DNA from: an uncultured delta proteobacterium
GTDB lineage: Bacteria > Desulfobacterota > Syntrophia > Syntrophales > Fen-1087
DNA: 64,000 nt
Assembly (NCBI GenBank): GCA_963708515.1
Contig: CAVPSX010000023.1
Coordinates: 129,930-193,929 of the forward strand
Direction of reading: 5' to 3'
Shown: positions 9,463 through 17,980 of the stretch, in pieces
Layout: each line of letters starts with the position of its first letter
Numbering within the stretch: position 1 is the stretch's first letter
Translations under genes and position numbers: made by a program
Notes under the pieces: generated by a model
Told to the model about the DNA's origin: nothing
Database searches by the model: none
Seen by the model: the letters and a program-made list of their open reading frames with translations, nothing else

Positions 9463-10404
9463 ATGATTGATTGGCAATCGGTAACGGACTGGCTGTTGCA
9501 CGACGGCACGAGGATTCTTATTATTTCTGTCATCGGGATCGCGCTGTGGTTTATGCTCAACCGTTTTCTTCCCCCCTTGATCCGTGGGACCGTCAGGCGA
9601 AACATCGAAGCGGAAACCGAAGGAGAGGGGAAAAAACGGGAGGATACCCTGATCGACGTATTGAGCGGCATCGGGCAGGTTTTGATTGTCCTGATCGTTG
9701 GTTTCTCGATTCTGTCGGTGCTGAACGTTCCGATTGCGCCGGTGCTGGCCGGTTTCGGTATCGTCGGCGTTGCTGTCGGTTTCGGCGCCCAGTACCTGAT
9801 CCGGGACCTGATCTCAGGCATATTTATCATCATGGAGAACCAGTATCGGGTCGGCGATGTGGTGAAGGTTGCCGATATCAGCGGGTTGGTCGAAAAAATT
9901 ACGCTGAGAAAAACCGTTCTGCGGGACCTGGACGGCATCGTCCATCACATCCCCAATGGCGAAATCAAAGTCGCCAGTAATTTCACGAGAAACTTCTCCC
10001 GCGTCAACCTGAACATCTTGGTATCTTACGGCACCAACCTGGACCATGCCATCCGTGTCGTCAACCGCGTCGGCGAGGAACTTGCTCAAGATGTAAATTG
10101 GCGCGACATTATCATTACGCCGCCGAAGGTATTGAGGGTGGATAAGCTGGGGGACTCGGGCATCGAACTCAAGATTCTGGGCGATGTCAAGCCGATCCGG
10201 CAGTGGGAGGTTATGGGCGAGCTGCGTCTTCGCCTGAAGAACACCTTTGATATCGAAGGGATCGTAATTCCATGGCCGCACATGAAAGTCTATTTCGGAG
10301 ATCCGCGCATGGCGGCCGCATCGGCCTGCCCGGCCTGCGTTCATGTGAATCCATCGGGTGTTAAATTCTGCTCCGGGTGCGGCGCCAGCCTCGTAAACCC
10401 ATAA
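9463..10404 (+). CDS. MscS-family mechanosensitive channel with a C-terminal zinc-ribbon
   Basis: TM3/beta-domain signature GFGAQYLIRDLISGIFIIMENQYRVGDVV. C-terminal CPACVHVNPSGVKFCSGCG. Confidence 0.85.
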   Translation: MIDWQSVTDWLLHDGTRILIISVIGIALWFMLNRFLPPLIRGTVRRNIEAETEGEGKKREDTLIDVLSGIGQVLIVLIVGFSILSVLNVPIAPVLAGFGIVGVAVGFGAQYLIRDLISGIFIIMENQYRVGDVVKVADISGLVEKITLRKTVLRDLDGIVHHIPNGEIKVASNFTRNFSRVNLNILVSYGTNLDHAIRVVNRVGEELAQDVNWRDIIITPPKVLRVDKLGDSGIELKILGDVKPIRQWEVMGELRLRLKNTFDIEGIVIPWPHMKVYFGDPRMAAASACPACVHVNPSGVKFCSGCGASLVNP

Positions 10405-10462
10405 CCTTCCTTATTTGATTTGCCGCTGTCAGCAGGATAAGACGCCCCGGCAGGGAGAAGAC

Positions 10463-11254
10463 ATGATCGAAACCTCGACTTTTGAAGAAGTCACGCAGAT
10501 CCGGATGAGCAGGGAGATTGGCGGCAAGCCTCTCTACTGTCGGCCTATCTATCGACGGTCTTCTAATTGATACGGGCTGCAGTAACACGGCGGAAGAACT
10601 GGTCGCCTTTCTTGGCGGAAGGCCTGTTTGTCAGGTTTCAATACGCATTTTCATGAGGACCACATCGGAGCGAATCATTTACTGAAGACCGGTTGGCCTC
10701 GAGATCCAGGCGCCGCACGGGTCGGTCCCGCATAGGACAGGCGACCTCTTCCCCTACCAGGAGACGGTCTGGGGATATCCGCAGCCGCCGAAGTGCGGCC
10801 CCTGCCGCCGGTCCTGCGAACACCAAAACACACCTTCGATGTGATCGAAGCGCCCGGTCACAGCGAGGGACACGCCGTCCTGGTGGAAAAGGCTCTGGGT
10901 TGGTGCTTTTCCGGGGATATTTTTGCCCGTGAGCGCATGAAGTTCATCCGCCCGGAGGAGGACATGGGCAAGACGGTCGCATCCATGCGCACGCTGATCG
11001 CGCTGCCCACCGACCGCCTGATTCTCTTCACGTCTGTCGGACGCATCGTGGAAGACGGCAGGCGGGCCTTGCAGGAATGCATCCTTTACCTGGAAGATCT
11101 CTCACACCAGGCCAAGGCGCTTGCACAACAGGGTCTTGGCGTTCAGGAGATCATTCAGAAGATGTTTGGAGGGGAACACAGTTTCGCCGCACTCACTAAT
11201 GGTCAGTACACGACGGAAAACCTCGTCCGTTCCGTCCTAGCAATGGAGAAGTAA
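10463..11254 (+). pseudogene. MBL-fold metallo-hydrolase pseudogene (multiple frameshifts in the N-terminal third)
   Basis: ATG with RBS at 10463. Conserved blocks lie in different frames: MIETSTFEEVTQIRMSREIGGKPLY, then LSIDGLLIDTGC...AFLGGRPV, then NTHFHEDHIGANHLLKT (HxHxDH), then LEIQAPH...FPYQETVWGYPQPPK. The intact tail runs from VRPLPPVLRTPKHTFDVIEAPGHSEGH to 11254. Confidence 0.75.
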
Positions 11255-11261
11255 GCCTGTT

Positions 11262-12113
11262 TTATTTCTTGTCCGCCGCAGGCCCGGCTTCGGATGCTGT
11301 TGCCTGGGCGGTCTTATTTGCGGCAGCCCTCTCTTCCCCGGCCCCGGCCTTTTTTCCCTCTTTCTCTTTTTTTATCTTTTCCTCTTCTTCCTGTCTGATG
11401 AGCCGTTTTCTCGATTCCTCGATAAGGGAACGGACCTTTTCATCCAGGCCGATACCGGGGTATTCCCTGGCAATTATTTCGAAACGTCCCAATGCCGCCT
11501 TGTATTTGCCCTGTTTGAAGTAAAAATTGCCGACATAAAACTCCTTTTCCGCCAGTCTTTTGCGGCATTCCAGGATGTGCTTCTCTGCCAGGACGGAAAA
11601 CTTGCTGTTGGGAAAACGTGCGATCAGCCTTTCAAACTCCTTCAAGGCTTTGAGCGTTTCCACCTGATCCCGGTCGATGGCGCCCATCTGGTTGTAATGA
11701 CACATTGCCAACTGGAACATGGCGTAAGGAAGATTCTCATTGGTGGGTCTTAGACTGATCAAGTCTCTGTAGGCCATCTCCGCTTCGACATAGTTCTCAT
11801 TGCTGAAGTAGGAGTCGGCAATACCGATCTCGGCACTGACAACCAGATTGTGCAGCGGGTATTGTTCCTTTACACGCTGAAAGGATTCGATGGCTTTTTT
11901 GTATCGGCCTTCCTGATAGAGCTCGGCGCCCCGCTTATAAAGGGCCTCCGGCGTCGCCCTGGCCATGCTGGGCGGCCGCCACCACTCGCTCATATCCTTC
12001 CACCAGCCACACCCGGACACACTCAAAAAAAGCAGGAAAATGACAGGAAGGCTTATTTTTCTGGTCAAGCGCCGTTTCACAGGTTTAAAGTCCCCTTTTA
12101 ATGAACGTCTCAA
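11262..12113 (-). CDS. bamD: Outer membrane protein assembly factor BamD (TPR lipoprotein) with a Lys/Glu-rich C-terminal tail
   Basis: Lipobox VSGC and YfiO/BamD-like TPR repeats. A GTG at 12080 is an alternative start that would avoid the overlap with trxA. Confidence 0.8.
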   Translation of the reverse strand: MRRSLKGDFKPVKRRLTRKISLPVIFLLFLSVSGCGWWKDMSEWWRPPSMARATPEALYKRGAELYQEGRYKKAIESFQRVKEQYPLHNLVVSAEIGIADSYFSNENYVEAEMAYRDLISLRPTNENLPYAMFQLAMCHYNQMGAIDRDQVETLKALKEFERLIARFPNSKFSVLAEKHILECRKRLAEKEFYVGNFYFKQGKYKAALGRFEIIAREYPGIGLDEKVRSLIEESRKRLIRQEEEEKIKKEKEGKKAGAGEERAAANKTAQATASEAGPAADKK

Positions 12114-12417
12114 GACGCTCCCTGGGAACCAGACCGATCAGTGTATCCAGAACTTTGCCGTCCTTGAACAGGAGCAACATCGGGATGCTCCGGACGCCAT
12201 AGGCGGCGGCTGTTTTGGGGTTGTCGTCCACATTCATTTTGGCGATTTTGACCTGATCCTTATAGGACTGGGATAAATCTTCCAATATCGGCCCGATGGC
12301 ACGGCAGGGACCACACCAGGGCGCCCAGAAGTCAACGAGCGCGGGCTTATCCGATTTTATAATTTCCTGTTCGAAGTCACCATCATTGACGTGAACAAGG
12401 GCTCCTTCTGTGCCCAT
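12085..12417 (-). CDS. trxA: Thioredoxin
   Basis: WAPWCGPC active site; about 110 aa; full-length thioredoxin-like sequence. Confidence 0.95.
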   Translation of the reverse strand: MGTEGALVHVNDGDFEQEIIKSDKPALVDFWAPWCGPCRAIGPILEDLSQSYKDQVKIAKMNVDDNPKTAAAYGVRSIPMLLLFKDGKVLDTLIGLVPRERLETFIKRGL

Positions 12418-12543
12418 TTTCAGACCCTCCTTAGATCATCCGGAGATTTTCTCTCGCGGCGCCTGATTGGCCAGCTTTTCAAAAGATTGATGACGGCTTA
12501 TGCCACATCCGCCCTGGAAATGTCAAATTAAAACGATGCGCTT

Positions 12544-12572
12544 TTGACAGACGAAGGGCGATCTGTTATAAC
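12544..12572 (+). promoter_or_regulatory. Sigma70-type promoter candidate (TTGACA-N17-TATAAC) for the MTAP-like/PduO pair
   Basis: TTGACA at 12544-12549 and TATAAC at 12567-12572, 35 nt upstream of the ATG at 12607. Confidence 0.5.
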
Positions 12573-12606
12573 CGCCTAAAAATTACGGAAGATTCATGGT
12601 GAACGG

Positions 12607-13329
12607 ATGAGACGACTGGGCATTATTTCGGGAACGCTCACACTTCAGAGAACAAAGCTTCTTGGGGAACTCAACGAAGAGATTGTGGAAACGGACTTCG
12701 GGACAGCGCTGGTCCTTCATTCCCCTCGCCTTGCACTGATCCCCAGGCACGGCAAAGATCCCCATCGGCACATCCTGCCCCACCGGATCAATCACGCCGC
12801 CAATCTTGCAGCCCTGAAGATGCTGGGCACAGATGAAATCATCGGGATCAATTCCACGGGATCGCTGAAAAAAGGACTCAAGCCGGGCGCCATCGTGATC
12901 CCCGACGACTATATCCTGCCGTACGGGGTCCATACGATCTTCGATTCGCCCGACTCAAAACCCGTGCATATTACCCCGGTCCTGCATGAGGGGGTCCGTC
13001 AAAAAGCCATCGATGCCGGCCGCCTTTGCGGCATCGACGTTGTAAATAGCGGAATATACTGGCAAACAATAGGACCACGGCTTGAAACCCGGGCCGAAAT
13101 CACGCTGATGTCCCGGTTTGCGGATATCGTGGGGATGACGATGGCCAGTGAGGCCGTCATCGCCCAGGAACTGGAGATCCCCTATGCTTCCATCTGTTCC
13201 GTCGACAATTTCGCGCACGGCATCGGCAGTCAGAAACTGACCCTGGAGGGCATCCTCGAACATGCCCGCAGGAATACGGAATCGATTATCAGAATCATCT
13301 TAAAATACCTGGAAGGGAGAACAACATGA
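12607..13329 (+). CDS. Methylthioadenosine/purine nucleoside phosphorylase family protein (MTAP-like)
   Basis: PNP_UDP_1-type blocks: IPRHG...H.ILPHRINHAAN..ALK.LG, STGSL, GPRLETRAE, ADIVGMT, and SICSVDN at the C-terminus. Confidence 0.8.
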   Translation: MRRLGIISGTLTLQRTKLLGELNEEIVETDFGTALVLHSPRLALIPRHGKDPHRHILPHRINHAANLAALKMLGTDEIIGINSTGSLKKGLKPGAIVIPDDYILPYGVHTIFDSPDSKPVHITPVLHEGVRQKAIDAGRLCGIDVVNSGIYWQTIGPRLETRAEITLMSRFADIVGMTMASEAVIAQELEIPYASICSVDNFAHGIGSQKLTLEGILEHARRNTESIIRIILKYLEGRTT

Positions 13330-13841
13330 AGTTTTCAAAAAAGGGCGATAAAGGCGAGACCAGCCTGCTCGGCGGTCAGCGTGTCCCAAAATTCGATCCG
13401 AGACCGGACACGTACGGCACCCTGGACGAAGCCAGCTCGGTCCTGGGCGTGGCACGCGCCACCACAAAGAACCAGCGCATCAAGGATATCCTGCTTGGCG
13501 TCCAGAAAGACCTGCTGACCCTGGGCGCCGTGCTGTCAACCCTGCCGGAAGACCTGGACAAGCTGAAAATAATGATCGGCGAACCCGATGTATCGCGCAT
13601 CGAAACACTGATTGACGACCTTCAGAAAAACGTGACGCTGAAAAATGAGTTCATCTATCCGGGGGAAACAATGGTCTCAGCCCAGATCGATGTCGGCCGC
13701 ACCATCATCCGTCGGGCGGAGCGGAAAGCCGCCAGACTCAAAGCGGACGGATTGCTGGACAACGAGTATATTCATCAATACCTGAACCGCCTGGCAGACA
13801 TGCTCTTTACGCTGGCCCGATACGAAGAGCAGAACGGGTAA
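13326..13841 (+). CDS. PduO-type ATP:cob(I)alamin adenosyltransferase
   Basis: The N-terminus KKGDKGETSLLGG.RV.K...R...YGTLDEASS.LG is the hallmark of PduO/MMAB-type enzymes. ATGA start/stop overlap with the upstream gene. Confidence 0.85.
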   Translation: MKFSKKGDKGETSLLGGQRVPKFDPRPDTYGTLDEASSVLGVARATTKNQRIKDILLGVQKDLLTLGAVLSTLPEDLDKLKIMIGEPDVSRIETLIDDLQKNVTLKNEFIYPGETMVSAQIDVGRTIIRRAERKAARLKADGLLDNEYIHQYLNRLADMLFTLARYEEQNG

Positions 13842-13876
13842 TGGCTTCGGAAATGATCCGATGTTTTACAAATCCG

Positions 13877-14311
13877 TTAAAAGGCACCCAGTTGGCAGGG
13901 TTTAATTTTAATCTTGAGCGCCTCGCAGGCGGACGAGACCTCCATTCTGGCGATGCCCATCCCGTCGGCGATTTTCCACGCGGTGAGGCACGGCAACCAC
14001 CCATCGGCCAAGGCGCCGCGAATGGCCTTTTCGAGCTTCGTGGAAACTTTCACAGCGGGCTCGACGACCCCTTTCTTCTGGCCGTAGCCGAAAAGACCCA
14101 ACTGGCAACGCTTGAGACGGATTTCCAGAAGATCAATCGTCACCCCGATTTCGAGCATGTCCACGCGAAAATTCTCTGCGATGGCGCTGGCATCGGCGCA
14201 ATTGATTTCTTCATTCGCGGCTCTTTTCCGAACAGCGTCAGCAATCTTTTTATTTAACGTCCTGCCTTTAGGATGCTTTGCAGCATAAAGGTCCGCATCG
14301 GTGCGCGTCAT
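13877..14311 (-). CDS. Hypothetical protein with two tandem ~45-aa repeats, each ending in CQLGxF
   Basis: Repeat 1: INCADASAIAENFRVDMLEIGVTIDLLEIRLKRCQLGLF. Repeat 2: LPCLTAWKIADGMGIARMEVSSACEALKIKIKPCQLGAF. Family not recognised. Confidence 0.6.
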   Translation of the reverse strand: MTRTDADLYAAKHPKGRTLNKKIADAVRKRAANEEINCADASAIAENFRVDMLEIGVTIDLLEIRLKRCQLGLFGYGQKKGVVEPAVKVSTKLEKAIRGALADGWLPCLTAWKIADGMGIARMEVSSACEALKIKIKPCQLGAF

Positions 14312-14351
14312 GGTTCCTCCTCCTGATCAGCCTCGGGCCGGCTGAAGAATC

Positions 14352-14445
14352 GTCATTCCCGCGGAAGCAGGAATCCAGCCTTTTAGGCTGTATTTTGGAT
14401 TCCGGAGCCTGCCCGTACTTGATACGGGGTCAAGCCCGGAATGAC
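14352..14445. repeat. Structured palindromic element (three consecutive hairpins) bounded by GTCATTCC ... GGAATGAC
   Basis: Three hairpins: ATTCCCGC-GGAA-GCAGGAAT, CAGCC-TTTTA-GGCTG, and ATTCCGG..CCCGTA-CTTGA-TACGGG..CCGGAAT. The outer 8-nt arms are complementary. Confidence 0.6.
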
Positions 14446-14470
14446 AAATGCGGTATTTTCAAAAGTCTCG

Positions 14471-14926
14471 TCAGTATTTCATGTAATGGAACGGCTCCAC
14501 CGCCGATAGGGCCTCCACGTCGAGTGTCTTGAAGCCATTCTTTTCAATGAGCTTCATGGCCTTTTCAATCTGGTCCACATCTAGGACAAAAACCGCCTTT
14601 TCACGGCTTTCCAGAACGAATCCATAGGCATTGTTGATATTGATGCCCTCTTTGAACAACAATTGCGTCAGCCGGTCGAGCCCGCCAGGCTTGTCGTCGA
14701 TCAGGACCGCCAGGACGTCGCGCAAACTAACCATCATCCCGGCTTTGGTCAGGGCGGCCTGGGCCCGCCCGGGATCGTCAACGATCAGGCTGATCACCCC
14801 AAACGTATCCGACGTGGATATGACGGTGGCCCGGATGCTGATCTTCTCTTTTGCCAGAATCGCCGTCACGGCGGCCAGTTTCCCCGGTTTGTTTTCTGCA
14901 AAAATCGATAGTTGTTGCGCAATCAT
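14471..14926 (-). CDS. ACT domain-containing (amino-acid-binding) protein, tandem ACT
   Basis: The pattern MIAQQLSIFAENKPGKLA...and a second DDKPGGL is typical of the ACT pair that follows paaK in anaerobes. GGGGAGG RBS before the ATG at 14926. Confidence 0.85.
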   Translation of the reverse strand: MIAQQLSIFAENKPGKLAAVTAILAKEKISIRATVISTSDTFGVISLIVDDPGRAQAALTKAGMMVSLRDVLAVLIDDKPGGLDRLTQLLFKEGININNAYGFVLESREKAVFVLDVDQIEKAMKLIEKNGFKTLDVEALSAVEPFHYMKY

Positions 14927-14946
14927 GCCAGCCTCCCCTTCCCTGC

Positions 14947-16245
14947 TCAATCCTTCCTGTTATCCAGGACGCGCTTCGCCTTTCCCTCGCTCTGGGGCAG
15001 GCTGTCCGGTTCAACGAGATCCACCTTGGGCGTAATGAGGATGTCGCTCTTGAGTTCCTCCACAATGCGGCGCCGCAAGGTTTCCAACTGCCGCAGGTCG
15101 CCCATGAAGTATTCGCGCCTGACCTCGACCTTGACCGTCATCAGATCGGTAAAGTCCACCCGCTCCAGAACAATCAGATAGTTGTTGCCCACACCGGGAA
15201 TGCCCATGAGCTTCCGTTCAATCTGAATCGGGAAGATGTTTACCCCTTTGATAATCATCATGTCGTCCGTCCGGCCCTTGATCCGCTCGATGCGGCGATG
15301 CGTCCGGCCGCATTCGCAGGGGCCGGGAATGATGCGGGTCAGGTCTTTTGTGCGGTATCTGAGGATGGGCATGCCGTCCCTCACGAGCGTGGTCAGCACA
15401 AGCTCTCCCTCCTGGCCGTCGGGAACGGACTTCAGGGTCTCAGGATCGATCATCTCTACCAGAAAATGATCTTCCCAGATATGCATTCCGTTTTGAGCCG
15501 GGCATTCAAAGGCCACGCCGGGTCCGCACATCTCCGTGAGGCCATAGGAATTGAAGGCCTTGAACCCGTAAAAATCCTCCAGTTTCCTGCGCATCTTTTC
15601 CGAATGCGGCTCGGCCCCGATAAATGCCCGCTTGAGCTTTGTATCCCGCCGGGGGTCAACGGCCATTTCCTCAAAAACGTGTATCAGATGCAGGGCGTAA
15701 CTGGGAATGACATGGATGGCGGTCGTTTCAAAGTCGCGCATGAGCTGAATCTGCCGTTTGCTGTTGCCGGATCCGGCGGGGATCGTCAACGCCCCGATTC
15801 TCTCCGCCCCGTAATGAAAACCCAGGCCGCCGGTAAACAGACCGTAGGTCATCATATTCTGGAAAACATCGCTCTTGCGCATGCCTGTCATGTACATGGA
15901 ACGGGCAACGATGCTCGTCCATTGATCGATGTCATTGGTCGTATGAAAAACGATGGTCGCTTGACCTGTTGTTCCCGACGAAGAATGTATGCGAACCAGT
16001 TCGTCCCTGGAAGCGGCCAGAAATCCGTAAGGCCAGTGGTCCCGGAGGTCGTCCTTGATGGTCAGCGGAAGTTTCTCAATGCCTTCAATTGCCTTTACCA
16101 CATCCGGGTCCATGCCGACTTCTTTGAAAATCCGCTCGTAATGAAGCGATTTTTTTGCCTGCTGCAGGGTCGTTTTGAGCCGTTTGAGCTGAAGGGCCTC
16201 CAGCGCGGGCCGGTCGATGGTTTCAATTTCCTTGTCCCAGTACAT
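14947..16245 (-). CDS. paaK: Phenylacetate--CoA ligase
   Basis: MYWDKEIETIDR N-terminus, SSGTTG AMP-binding motif, YGLTE, and full PaaK-like length. GGGAGG RBS before the ATG at 16245. Confidence 0.9.
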   Translation of the reverse strand: MYWDKEIETIDRPALEALQLKRLKTTLQQAKKSLHYERIFKEVGMDPDVVKAIEGIEKLPLTIKDDLRDHWPYGFLAASRDELVRIHSSSGTTGQATIVFHTTNDIDQWTSIVARSMYMTGMRKSDVFQNMMTYGLFTGGLGFHYGAERIGALTIPAGSGNSKRQIQLMRDFETTAIHVIPSYALHLIHVFEEMAVDPRRDTKLKRAFIGAEPHSEKMRRKLEDFYGFKAFNSYGLTEMCGPGVAFECPAQNGMHIWEDHFLVEMIDPETLKSVPDGQEGELVLTTLVRDGMPILRYRTKDLTRIIPGPCECGRTHRRIERIKGRTDDMMIIKGVNIFPIQIERKLMGIPGVGNNYLIVLERVDFTDLMTVKVEVRREYFMGDLRQLETLRRRIVEELKSDILITPKVDLVEPDSLPQSEGKAKRVLDNRKD

Positions 16246-16869
16246 GATGCCGCCTCCCTGTTTCGTGCAATGCAAGTTGCCCTTTTTACTTACAACTCTC
16301 TCGGAATTATTTCAAGATAAAAACAGGCACGGGGCCAATCGGAGTAACCGCCGACCAGATTGATAAAGATTTTATGCCGTGCGGCGCTTTCCTGCCATGC
16401 ACACCGCTTCGTGTTGTCGGCCTCTATAAATGCGGTTCATCCGGGTCATGCGTACTTTCGAGGTGATAATCCGTTGAATTGAGCCTTTACTTATCCGCAC
16501 CCTTGATATTACTGAAAGGTCATTCATTTAAGTCAACGAGGGAGGCTGATGCGTTTGTGAAGCAGTTTTCAGACCGTTATATTCAGGCACGGGCAATGAA
16601 AAAATGAAATGCGTCGGTTATTGACGCTACCTACCGAGTCAAGGTTTTTCAATATGGAATTGGAGTAAGGATTACCCGTTGAAATAGTGGTAACCTGCAT
16701 CCCTAAAAAATGGACCGGGTTTGGAGGGCAGGTCAAACCATGGTCTCTTTTTCCAAGGTCTGGCGATGTCGATATCTCATGGGTGGAAACGGGCCACCTA
16801 TGCCTTGCCGCAAATGCGACAGGGTATATATAGATGGACCATCATGATATTCCTGTTCAATGTGGCGTT

Positions 16870-17145
16870 CTAAAGTTTCCAGAGGCCGTGGAGATTGCAG
16901 TATTCCCGTGCCGTGATATTCGCCGTCTCGACGGGGAAACTCGCCTCCGGCGCTTGACCCGGTGCAAGGAATTGTCGATAGACTTTCCCGTCGGCAAGAA
17001 TCTCGATCCATTCGATGTAATGCTTCTCCTCCATGGGATGGGCGACACTGCCTATCTTCACCTTCACTCCACCCGCTACTTTTTCCACGACAGGAACATG
17101 CTTTTCCTGCGCAGCATCCGTTGTGTTCTCCTTCATCAGTTTCAC
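16870..17145 (-). CDS. Superoxide reductase catalytic domain (neelaredoxin-type; C-terminal part of a split desulfoferrodoxin)
   Basis: [25 protein letters not shown] and [10 protein letters not shown] carry the centre II His/Cys ligands. The gene begins at a GTG three nt after an in-frame TAA. Confidence 0.8.
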   Translation of the reverse strand: MKLMKENTTDAAQEKHVPVVEKVAGGVKVKIGSVAHPMEEKHYIEWIEILADGKVYRQFLAPGQAPEASFPVETANITAREYCNLHGLWKL

Positions 17146-17148
17146 GGG

Positions 17149-17244
17149 TTAGCCGCAGCACACTGGTTGGCCTGCTCCACCATGCAGGACCTCCACAATA
17201 TTGCCGCAAACTCCACATTTGTAAACTTCGTTTCTCGTTGCCAT
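17149..17244 (-). CDS. Desulforedoxin-like 31-aa rubredoxin-type Fe(Cys)4 peptide (N-terminal part of a split desulfoferrodoxin)
   Basis: [31 protein letters not shown] followed by TAA. The CxxC...CC pattern is that of desulforedoxin / Dfx centre I. Confidence 0.65.
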   Translation of the reverse strand: MATRNEVYKCGVCGNIVEVLHGGAGQPVCCG

Positions 17245-17267
17245 AGTCAGTTCCTCTCGTAAAGTGT

Positions 17268-17765
17268 TTAATCAACCTTTTTAAACATCTTTCCTTTCGC
17301 GCTGCAAACCGGGCAAGTCTCCGGTGCTTCTTTTTCTGAAGTATAGCCGCAAACAGGGCATACATAATAGTTGTAAGCTTCTTTCGCGCTATCCAAATTG
17401 TCAAGAACATGCTGATATAGCTCGGCATGAATTTTTTCGACTTTGTTGGCAAAATTGAAAGATCGCTCTGCCTCTTTGTGTCCTTCCGCTTTTGCTGCTG
17501 CAATCATACCCGGATACATGCTTTTAAACTCGTGCGTCTCTCCTTCTATAGCTTCCTGCAGGTTTTCTCTCGTGGAACGGATTGCCTTCAATGCCCTTAA
17601 ATGAGCGTGGGCGTGAACTGTTTCCGCCTCCGCGGCCGCCCGAAACAGTTTTGCCGCCTGCGGAAATCCTTCCTGGTCGGCCTTGGCCGCAAAAGCCAGA
17701 TATTTTCGATTTGCCTGTGATTCTCCGGCAAAAGCTTCTTTCAACGCATCGTCTGATTTGGACAT
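17268..17765 (-). CDS. rbr: Rubrerythrin
   Basis: Diiron four-helix motifs ([24 protein letters not shown]) plus a C-terminal rubredoxin-like CPVCG...CPVC. AAGGAG RBS before the ATG at 17765. Confidence 0.9.
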   Translation of the reverse strand: MSKSDDALKEAFAGESQANRKYLAFAAKADQEGFPQAAKLFRAAAEAETVHAHAHLRALKAIRSTRENLQEAIEGETHEFKSMYPGMIAAAKAEGHKEAERSFNFANKVEKIHAELYQHVLDNLDSAKEAYNYYVCPVCGYTSEKEAPETCPVCSAKGKMFKKVD

Positions 17766-17980
17766 AATTTTCTCCTTCAAATATTTTTTATCATTGATCT
17801 TCCTGTAATATTTGTATCATAAGTAATTTAGAGTTCAGCTATTTTTTGATTATGTCTAATTAAAATGTTGTGGGTACCGGAAAACAGAAAAAACATTACA
17901 GGAAGTCGTCCTTATATCTAATAAATTTAATTATAATATAATAGCAAAAGGGACGAAAACGATTAACCTATTATTCTATT

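Noticed and set aside
16264-16283. A sigma54-like GGGCAAC-N-TTGCA just upstream of paaK.
   Set aside because: The GG-to-GC spacing is 11 nt rather than the invariant 10. The implied TSS would leave no room for the GGGAGG RBS leader.
14851-16320. 489-aa plus-strand ORF, and many similar long ORFs (for example 6115-6978, 7922-8599, 9093-9938, 27518-28372, 54887-55651, 60391-61791).
   Set aside because: They lie antisense to strongly supported genes (paaK, rlmN, hydrolase, MscS, ATP-grasp, methyltransferase, atpA). They have low-complexity Arg/Pro/Gly-rich translations and no motifs. These are typical shadow ORFs of GC-rich DNA.
17149-17151. The TAA inside desulfoferrodoxin as evidence for stop-codon reassignment or programmed readthrough.
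   Set aside because: TAA terminates many well-supported genes in this window (for example trxA, efp, the methyltransferase and the reductase). No recoding signal is seen. A nonsense mutation or gene fission is the simpler reading.
16733-17503. 256-aa minus-strand ORF overlapping the SOR, desulforedoxin and rubrerythrin genes.
   Set aside because: It is out of frame with three motif-bearing genes on the same strand. It would require ignoring the clear Dfx- and Rbr-like translations.
17930-17942. The perfect 6-1-6 palindrome ATTATA-A-TATAAT between rubrerythrin and ubiA as a PerR/Fur box.
   Set aside because: The half-sites are shifted relative to the TTATAAT-N-ATTATAA consensus. The surrounding 200 bp is almost pure A/T, so such palindromes are expected by chance. 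It is worth a motif scan only.
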